Shown: piece by piece, positions 55,383 through 64,000 of the stretch | How positions within the stretch are numbered: position 1 is the stretch's first letter | Layout: the number at the start of each line of letters is the position of its first letter | Origin: Hormiphora californensis | Lineage: Eukaryota > Animalia > Ctenophora | Direction: 5' to 3' | Length of the DNA stretch: 64,000 nucleotides | Assembly (NCBI GenBank): GCA_020137815.1 | Contig: CM035354.1 | Span: 930,001 to 994,000 of the forward strand | Notes under the pieces: model-generated | The model's database searches: none | Seen by the model: the letters and a program-made list of their open reading frames with translations, nothing else | Told to the model about the DNA's origin: nothing | Translations under genes and position numbers: made by a program

Positions 55383-58354
55383 GTTTCACTATCCAATTCC
55401 CCATTCAGCCACTGTTCTATTTTTGCTTGCGTCTCCCCTAGAACAGTACCTGGCAACCGTTACTGTGCAGCATCAAGGAATGGCTATTACAAATTTGGTT
55501 AAATTTGTTAAGATCCCTAGAAACTGGGATTTTTAGGGAAAATATCCAGTAAATCGAATAAACAAGAATAGACTTGGCATACAATGTGATCAAAACGTCA
55601 GAGCCAAATCTACAAAGATGAGCAATTCAGTTACTCCAAATATCCGGCTATTTTCTTTAATACATGGGCCACTGCACGAGCTAACAGGACCTATTACTAT
55701 AACACGGGGGGGGGGGGGGGGGGGGGCCAGAAAGGAGAGCCCGAAAGATAGATCTTTATGTGAGTGGGAGGGAGAGGACGACCTATGATGATGATGATGC
55801 AGGTGCAGAGAGAATTAATTAGGGAACTGACGACATCTTACCAAGATAGGACACACCAAGGAAAGTGAGAGAAAGACGGCCGGGTGGAGAGAGAATATTA
55901 CGGAACGAATCTTTCAAAAGGGAAATGACGAAATTTATAATGGTCGAGATAATATGGGTGGCATAATTACAAAATGAGAGATATTTCATCTCCCAATCAC
56001 GGAGTAATGCGATATTTTCTCTCTCTCTGTCTCTCTCTCTCCCTCTCTGTCTCCCTAACTCTTGTCTCTTTGTCTCATTCTCTCTCTCTCTCTTTACTGC
56101 TTATTCTCTCACCCTCTCTAACCTTCTTTCTCTTTCTCACCCTCTCTAACTTTCTTTCTCTTTCTCACCCTCTCTAACTTTCTTTCTCTTTCTCACCCTC
56201 TCTAACTTTCTCTCTCTCTCTCACCCTCTCTACCCTATCCTACATATTACTATTGACAGTCTGTGTGTGTGTGGATAATAAAGTAGTGACGATTATTAAG
56301 ACATATGCCGTTCTGCTAATCAAACTAAACCAACCAATGCCGGGCAAACACAATACTAAATAGTATGCTGTCAGGCCAATGCTCTGACAGATAATTATAT
56401 GTGAGTGGAGCAATCAACTAAACACGAGAAGACTAACAGAGAGGTTTTGACATTTATCGCATTTGGAGTGTTTCCTTTATAACGTGAAACACGTCATACT
56501 TTACTAGTTAGTACTTATTTAGTACAGCTGGCAAGTGGGTACTTCTGTAGCTACTGCTGACTATGTCACGTAACTTCTCACTACAACTCCAACGATAAAG
56601 GGTTAGATGTTCGGAGAAATAAGAAGTATTGACATCATCATTGACAGTTGTAAAAATGTCAGTCGGGGCTGAGCAGGGAAACAGTAACAAGAAGGTAAAT
56701 CAGGAAACTATGGAAACAAACAGTATGGAAACAAGCAGTATGAACAGTATCATAGCTGTAACGGTACAGGGACAAACGACCCGGGCGGGGTAACTACAGC
56801 ACGTCATAGAGGGAGAATGTAGATCAGCTGTTACGTGTCAAGATGGGCTTGCACTATAATACTAAAACAATAACTGTATCCTGAATAATATCTCAGAAAT
56901 ATCAGAACAAAGGGAGAAATATTGAACGGGTCAGGATTGTTGAGTAACTCAACAAGGTCAGGAAGTTCTTGTTTATGAAGATACATTGGTGATACGCCTA
57001 AAATGTCCCATAATCTTATCGACCGATGTTTCAGAAGAAGAATAGTTGTACTTGACATTTTATTAAACTAACCCTGCAATTTATACCAAAGGTGTTTCTT
57101 GCAGACAACACCTTGTATACCTCATTGTACAGATTTCTCCCCTAAATCTAGATCATAGAGTAAATGTGTCGTACTCAGTTTGTTGAAAAGCAGAGTACAG
57201 CTCGCTTCAATAATGACATAACTTCAATTTAACATGGTTGGGAAAATGCGGGAAAATTACCCTTGGTCACTCGACTCCATTTAATTGGATGAAGTTATTA
57301 AGTAGGACACTTAACTCGACGAATGGACAGACTGCGTAGCATGGCAATCCCTCAACAATGCTGCAGAGACTTCATGTTCATAATAACGGGACCCCCCCCT
57401 GTTGTCACTTCATGTCTCACAAAAGACTGCATTGTCCGAACCGGGCCGAAGCGTGTGTGACATATGAACTCTACCCCTGGCCTTGCAAATTCTAAGTGGA
57501 AAAGAAACTTGCAATCAACAGAGGCCGGATTTGGGAGCAAATCACGTAGCAGATAAATAACTAAACCGATGTCAAAGTGCAAACGTTTAAAAAATGGACA
57601 AGGGATCCTTCCAGTTCCCGCGAGTAAAACACACAGACAGACACTGATAGGACACACGCGCGTGTACAAAGTCCTCCCGCGGTTCGGACGCGTGTGTCCT
57701 GATGGCCATAAATCCGACATTTCTTCGCCCGATTCTCACGATCTTAAGCTTAATGGAGAGGTGGCACTGAGTTCGGTAAGCAGGAAGAACGTGAAGCTCA
57801 TGAGAGTATGAGACCTCATGAGACAAACGGGCACGTGCTTCATGCTTACCAGCGCTCCTATTAGTGGTCCCGCTTTAACAAGCAGACCGCGCGGTAAGAT
57901 CTGTTGTGGTGTCGCCGCGCGCTACGTTCACAAACAACTGAGGCAGTGAGACATGTCATGGTGGTTGAAACGGTTCGGAGGGCTTTTTTTGGAGGGTATG
58001 TTACCGAACATCACTGGAACATGGCACTTCCATCATACTCGGTGTTTTGATATCTAAAATGAAAATAGTAAATACACTCGCAATTCAACTCGATATACAT
58101 ATTTTACTGGGCACTAGGAATGGCTGACCAGGTGTCTATGTCACCAAGCCGACCACTAAGTCACTCACAAAACTAACAAAACTACTAAACGTTTAACAAA
58201 ACTAACAAAATCACACAAAAATCACACAAAAATCACTCACAACATCACTAAAAAAGGACTAAAAAGGACTATAACTGATAACAGCAATCACTATCTCTCT
58301 TTCTATTCCCCCTCCTTCTCTCTCAGTCTTTCCAGGGAAATGTCCTTGGCCTCA

Positions 58355-61300
58355 TCAGTCAGTGTCCGTAGTAGGGAAATATTTGTGTAACAACCGATCA
58401 TAGTCAATCCTACTGCTACCCAGGAAGCGACATATTATGAGGGAGTCGACTTGCTGCCAGTTCTCCTCCATCCATTTCCTCATTTCCTTCAGGGCCACCC
58501 TGTAAACAGTTGATCGTTGTTGAAGAAGGGGAAACTCTAACTGAATGGCATCCCGTCAACATTCAGTTAGAGTTTCCGGTTCCCCTAAGGGGTGGTTAAA
58601 AGGGATTTATCTCCAACGAAGTCTATTGACGTACATTACGGGCATCCCAGTCCGACTGTCCTACTGCTTGAACCATAGCAAACCACCCTATCAGACGAAT
58701 ATAGCTCGAGAGTAATATACGTCAATAGAATTCGTTGGAGGTATCTCACTTTTAACCACGCAATCAACTCTAGCCACTTTGTTACAGTTGAATCAAATGG
58801 TACAGAGTGGGCCTATAAATCTGTGAGATACATATAGTAGAGTCGATAACTACATCGACCTCTCCCAATTGTTCCAGTTTTTGTCACATCTGTTTGGAGC
58901 CTCGACACGACCTCTAAACAGGTGTTACTTTTTCGCAAACTGTTTTCATCTTGGTGTAATCAGCAGTTGAAATGTTGCATATCATAACAAAAACCTGACT
59001 AAATTTTTTCAACTTGGGGTAAAACCATGGGTGTCAAAAGTTAGCTCTAGGTCCCCTGAGTAACCATACGGAGACTCTAAGAGATATTTCAAGCCGTTCT
59101 CCCGTAATCATTAATCCCGGTGGAGAAAAAAATACAATGCGGACGTACGTGAGCGCTGGCAGGCTGTTTACATGTTATTGTATGTCTCTCACTCTCTCTG
59201 GAAAAACCGCACGTGCGGTTGCGCCGCGCGAGATAACTCTTTCTCAAGGGGGAGAAAAGAGAGAGACGCACATTAACGTTATACATTAAAGTTGAGGTTG
59301 TAGGCAATTGCACGTACGTCCATACTCAAATATATTTGAGTATGGACGTACGTGCAATTGCCTACACACACATATATGTGCTCTACCGGGATTAATGATT
59401 ACAGGAGAACGGCTTGAAATATCTCTTGGAGTCTCCGGATGGTTACTCAAGGGACCTAGAGCTAACTTTTGACACCCATGGTTTTACCCCAAGTTGAAAA
59501 AATTTAGTCAGGTTTTTGTTATGATCAACAACATTTCAACTGCTGATTACACCAAGATGAAAACAGTTTGTGAAAAAGTAACACCTGTTTAGAGGTCGTG
59601 TCGAGGCTCCAAACTGATGTGACAAAAAACTGGAACAATTGGGAGAGGTCGATGTAGTTATCGACTCTACTAATAATTGCAACTAACTTGGCACACTTCT
59701 TGCTATCGATTCGTATGGTATCATTTCCTAGGGCTGAAAACGCTACAGACCGGTATCCCTTCTCCTTGACAAGTTCTAGGGCCTTAACGTAGCACTGTCG
59801 GAGAAGTTCAATATTCGCTGGGGATTCCCTGCCGGCAGGGGTGACTGCTAGTATCACTCTCCCTGCAGCCATGTTGAAACCGTCTATATCAACCACTGAA
59901 CCCTCCTGTTAACAGGGGGGTTGAAGTTTTATAGCTGCTGAACAATCAATACTAAAGGGGCTAGGCTCAGATCGGTGCCGACCTCGTTTGATCTCAAAGT
60001 GCAGTCAGATCGGGTCGACCCCAGAGAGGGGCCGCTAGGCGAGAAATAAAACTTACGGGTTGTGGGGAATGTTGTGAGGCAGCAGTAACCATTTCCTCCC
60101 CCGCGTACTTTATTAACTGTGAATCTTCTGAAGTGGAAGAGTATTTGGTGGTCTAACTGAAAACATATCGGCTGTATTGGAATAATCATGGCTTCAATCT
60201 AAATTGAATCTAATTGATCAGATCTGCAGCTAAGCTGACATTCAGACATTGGTGACATTGACACCTATCGCGAGCGAAGCAGAGAGGCAGCAATGGTACC
60301 AACAGCTGAGATAGTGACATACTGTTCATTGAAAGTTTTGTATCCACGCTGACTGTAATAACATCGCATTCCAGCTCCGTCACGGAACCATCGTGGATAA
60401 AGATTCTACGGTTTATATCTCGGTGCTTCCGATATGGATTGGTCTTAAACTTGGGAATGTCTCCTGAAGCAATTGTACTGTCAGTTTAGCCGGGGGGGGG
60501 GGTTTAGCCTGATATCTGTCATGTCTTGATGGGGAAAACCAATAAACTAATAATAGGACCCAATTTATCTTTGGACAAGCTCTCTGTTATAAAAACCATA
60601 GCGGGTGAAAATGTGTCTTATATACTCCACCCACTATAAAAAGCAATGATGTTTTTGCCACTAAAGTTTATAATCAATAAATCCTTGCTTATATAGGTAT
60701 AAACCCCTCCCTTTGGTCGGGTTATATACCATATACCACCATCCCTGCTTCGCAGGTCGGGCAGTATATGGTGTAGCGAACCACCCGGGTGACCCGCTAT
60801 AATATATAAACTCGGGTTTATTGATTATATAATTCCCTAATACCTGCTGCTGCAAAGTGTTTCCAGTGCATTATTTCAGTGCCACACTCCCCGCAGACCG
60901 TTTCAACTGTCCTCTGTTTTACTTCTTTACCCTTCCTTTTTCCCATTCTGCCTTTAAGAGGAAAATTGAGAAAGAAGAAAAAGCAATATCGTATTGCGTT
61001 TTGCATAATATGTAGCTAAACTCAAGAATCTTTCATAATCCCTGTCAAATTGAACAAAAAATATGAGTTGACTATTTAACCTATATAATAATATCACTGC
61101 AGTATTTTCTGTCTGGCGCCGCCAAAAAGAGCATTTTAAAATATGTACCACACTCTTTGAAATTACACAACTGAGATCAAATTTAATTGACTACTTTTTC
61201 TTCTTGGTCTTTTTCTTATCCACTCGAGGTTCGATGTAAACTGGATCCTGAGGAATGCATCAAGAGATTAGTCTAGACTGTACTGACAGTAATTTTCCTA

Positions 61301-63051
61301 AATAAGGAAGGTCAAATATTACGTTCTACACCTCAATATCAGAAACATCTGCATTCTGCAGTAGTTTTTACATTTTCAGAATAGTTTCTAGAACACATAT
61401 ACTGTCTCCTAGGAGACTAGCTAGAGAGAGAAACTCTGATAATTACCCAACCAGATATAAACATTGCATGAGGTATACCTTTATAGGGAACCAGCGATGG
61501 AGCATTTTATCGTATATTTCCCAGGCATCATCGTCATAAAGCACCAATATGATGCACTTGACAGAGGTAATAGGATGGGCTTCCAGCCAGTGCCGGATAG
61601 ATTTTAGTCCCACACTGGGGGGTGAGAGTGTTACCATGACAACACTTGACAGGGGTAACAGGATGGGAGGTGTTACCATGGCAACACTTGACAGAGGTAA
61701 TAGGATGGGCTTCCAACCAGTGCCGGATAGATTTTAGTCCCACACTGGGAGGTGAGAGTGTTCAGATATGGGAAATTGGTAACTTTCCAAGTCCACCTTG
61801 GGCACGTCGCGCTATACCCTGTACGTGGCGTGCGAGCGACACAGCCGCTCGCGCTCCACCCCATACAGGTCTCCGACGAAGTCCACGAGGAACTAACGTG
61901 CGAACTAACATGAGACCGAATTCATATTATCGGATGTTACCTACTTGGCCGCAGCATCTTTAACCATCTTAGTTGATCCAGAGCTCAGAGCGGGGAGGGC
62001 GATGGAGGTATACGATCTTTCGTCTGCCAAGTTGAGAACAGTATTGTAACACTCCTCCAGCTTCTCAAATACCTCTGCGTTTTTCTCACCAACCTGACGG
62101 TGAGGTCATCTTATGATAGACTTCCCCACCCCATTATTAAATGATTTAGGGTAGAAAGGGGTAAAATGGCACACGGGGTAAAATGGCACATGTATGGGGT
62201 AAAATGGTCCTAGTTATTACATGTAGTCACGTGACTTTTTCTCCAGCGGAGACCTGCTCGTTCTGTTCCGAATTTTTGCTTTAAAACTGCTGTAATTTCT
62301 GTTTGAGTTGGCCGATTTTAATTTTGCAAAAACTGCCAGTTAGGGTTTTTATCCTTCTAAAACTTGGTATAAAAATTTTTCAAAAAACCCACTATTAAGT
62401 TGATTAAATTGTCAAATTAGTCAAACTGGGGTAAAATGGTTCACCCTCGCTGGGGTAAAATGGTTCACCCTGGGACCAATGAAATCGAGCCTCCAATACC
62501 ACGTGATACCAACTGGGGTAAAATGGTCCAGCACACTGGGGTAAAATGGTCCAGCAGAACAGAAATTACTGAAGATAACATGGACCATTTTACCCCAGTG
62601 CTCTAACAACACCAGGCACGTGATAAAAATCGAGCAATGCTATTGGCTGGACCATTTTACCCCAGTGCAAAATTTCCAAAAAAAGCCCTACCAAACTTTT
62701 TGAATTGATTAATTAAGCTATTAAATAAAACTTTCAGATTTTAAAATTTAGCTCGTCTGAAAGGAAAACGTTTCATTGGATAGCCTATATAATTTTTTTT
62801 CTTCTTGCTGTATAAATTGAGTATTTTAGAACCTAAAACGTTAGAAAGTGTGCCATTTTACCCCTTTCTACCCTATTTCCCGCATGCTAAGAACCTGTCA
62901 GAGCATTGGCCTAACAGCAAAGAGCTATATTTGGACTCCCTCAGCCTTTGGCCACCAATCTGAGTTAGAAGACACAACATACCGGTGTAACCAAGTGGAA
63001 TACATGATCAGCGTGTAGATCAAATCCCGGTGTTTCAACTACGTCTCCAAT
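58355..63051 (-). CDS. Tandem macrodomain (MacroD/GDAP2-like fold) protein; 5' exons lie beyond 63051, probably outside the window
   Basis: Exons: 62983-63051 (IGDVVETPGFDLHADHVFHLVTP), 61945-62093 (..KLEECYNTVLNLADERSYTSIALPALSSG..), 61479-61614 (VGLKSIRHWLE..WFPIK), 61195-61247 (Lys-rich; phase off by one in an A run), 60844-60951, 60323-60463 (INRRIFIHDGSVTELECDVITVS), 60057-60127, 59688-59905 (LLRQCYVKALELVKEKGYRSVAFSAL), 58355-58499 (VALKEMRKWMEENW..KYFPTTDTD*). Confidence 0.85.
58592..58759. mobile_element. Degenerate inverted-repeat MITE in the last macrodomain intron
   Basis: GTGGTTAAAAG..CTCCAACGAA..CTATTGACGTA / TACGTCAATAG..TTCGTTGGAG..CTTTTAACCAC. Confidence 0.65.
58835..59672. 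mobile_element. Academ-like non-autonomous element, copy 2 (inverted relative to 9047-9839)
   Basis: Same TAGTAGAG..CTCTACTA termini with ATA TSD (58832-58834, 59673-59675). Inserted ~15 nt inside an intron from the donor at 59687. Confidence 0.88.
60669..60829. mobile_element. Small hairpin-rich inverted-repeat element (intronic)
   Basis: TATAATCAATAAATCC/GGGTTTATTGATTATA termini, with internal CCATATAC..GTATATGG and CCTGCTTCGCAGG stems. Confidence 0.55.
62149..62873. mobile_element. MITE with GGGTAGAAAGGGGTAAAATGGCAC TIRs and TA TSD (pogo/Tc1-mariner-like), with internal GGGGTAAAATGG repeats
   Basis: ta|GGGTAGAAAGGGGTAAAATGGCACAC...GTGTGCCATTTTACCCCTTTCTACCC|ta. An alternative reading is an ATTT TSD with AGGG termini. 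Confidence 0.85.
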
Positions 63052-63394
63052 CTGAAAACATGCTACTGCTAGAACATATATTTAACTGAGTGATAAAAAA
63101 GTAACTCATTAAGTTTTTTACTTAACCCCGTTTTGATAATTGATTCTTGGCAGTGCGTTCACTGCATTAGACATGCATGTGCGAGATCCAGCTCACGCAG
63201 CGACTGAGATCGAGCTCACACACGAAGTGAATAGGTGGGAATTCTCTCCCAAAATTCTCTCCCAAAAAGATAAAGAGATGGCACAAAGTACGTGCACTAT
63301 TTTGGTAAGGAAATTACCCCTCCACGCAAGCTCACGGGTATGCAGTATGCACTAATAGGGATTACTCGTAACCAAATAGATATTTTAGAGCTTC

Positions 63395-64000
63395 CCAACC
63401 TGTTTAGGGGCATGCTCTAACAGTTACCAACCTGTTTTGGGGCATGCTCTGACAGTTACCAACCTGTTTTGGGGCATGCTCTGACAGTTACCAACCTGTT
63501 TTGGGGCATGCTCTGACAGTTACCAACCTGTTTTGGGGCATGCTCTGACAGTTACCAACCTGTTTCGGGGCATGCTCTGACAGTTACCAACCTGTTTCGG
63601 GGCATGCTCTGACAGTTACCAACCTGTTTAGGGGCATGCTCTGACAGTTACCAACCTGTTTTGGGGCATGCTCTGACAGTTACCAACCTGTTTCGGGGCA
63701 TGCTCTGACAGTTACCAACCTGTTTTAGGGCATGCTCTGACAGTTACCAACCTGTTTCGGGGCATGCTCTGACAGTTACCAACCTGTTTAGGGGCATGCT
63801 CTGACAGTTACCAACCTGTTTTGGGGCATGCTCTGACAGTTACCAACCTGTTTTGGGGCATGCTCTGACAGTTACCAACCTGTTTCGGGGCATGCTCTGA
63901 CAGTTACCAACCTGTTTAGGGGCATGCTCTGACAGTTACCAACCTGTTTTGGGGCATGCTCTGACAGTTAGCAACCTGTTTTGGGGCATGCTCTGACAGT
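63395..64000. repeat. 32-bp satellite CCAACCTGTTTTGGGGCATGCTCTGACAGTTA, ~19 copies, running off the window
   Basis: Period 32 (e.g. 63427, 63459), highly homogeneous, with no spacers. Confidence 0.97.

Noticed and set aside
56831-57930. Possible further minus-strand gene (ORFs 56831-57058, 57352-57720, 57587-57826; donor near 57850)
   Set aside because: I could not build a phase-consistent model or recognise a domain; transcript data are needed.
59525-59687. Apparent MITE insertion disrupting the macrodomain exon (ORF continues ..LVAIISRVDNY..)
   Set aside because: A good donor GCC AA|gttagt at 59688/59687 joins in phase to VALKEMRKW, so the element is intronic.
63395-64000. CRISPR-like regular repeats (also 22207-22583 and 24540-25280)
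   Set aside because: Units are contiguous with no unique spacers, the context is eukaryotic, and there are no cas genes.

Overview
Eukaryotic, metazoan genomic DNA that is repeat-dense and rich in (GA)n/(TC)n tracts. The compact GT-AG introns and gene content suggest a marine invertebrate, possibly a ctenophore; this is inference only. Hand-spliced host genes: (1) a CNK/CNKSR-like PDZ+PH scaffold on + (9950-18031, with degraded upstream exons); (2) a convergent uncharacterised gene on - (20078-22701) ending ...SETFV*; (3) an uncharacterised Cys-motif gene on - (42428-46776); (4) a tandem two-macrodomain MacroD-like gene on - (58355 to beyond 63051); (5) an apparently orphan CHMP3/Vps24 terminal exon on - (3588-3719). 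Retroelements: a 5'-truncated CR1-group LINE with an open APE-RT frame, a near-intact R4/Dong-clade RLE element bounded by (GA)n tracts, a canonical Penelope-like element (RT+GIY-YIG) with a minimal hammerhead ribozyme, and a Naiad-type Penelope RT fragment. There are also many non-autonomous inverted-repeat elements, short palindromes and minisatellites. Most notable: introns made almost entirely of tandem repeats around an RFX X-box-like GTWACCATG core; repeated duplication of splice junctions; a de novo 68-bp palindrome present in only one of two copies of the same MITE; and the (GA)n-flanked R4 element with imperfect inverted termini. Regions ~5.5-8.3 kb and ~23.5-24.3 kb look like low-quality consensus, and several single-base frameshifts are probably sequencing errors.
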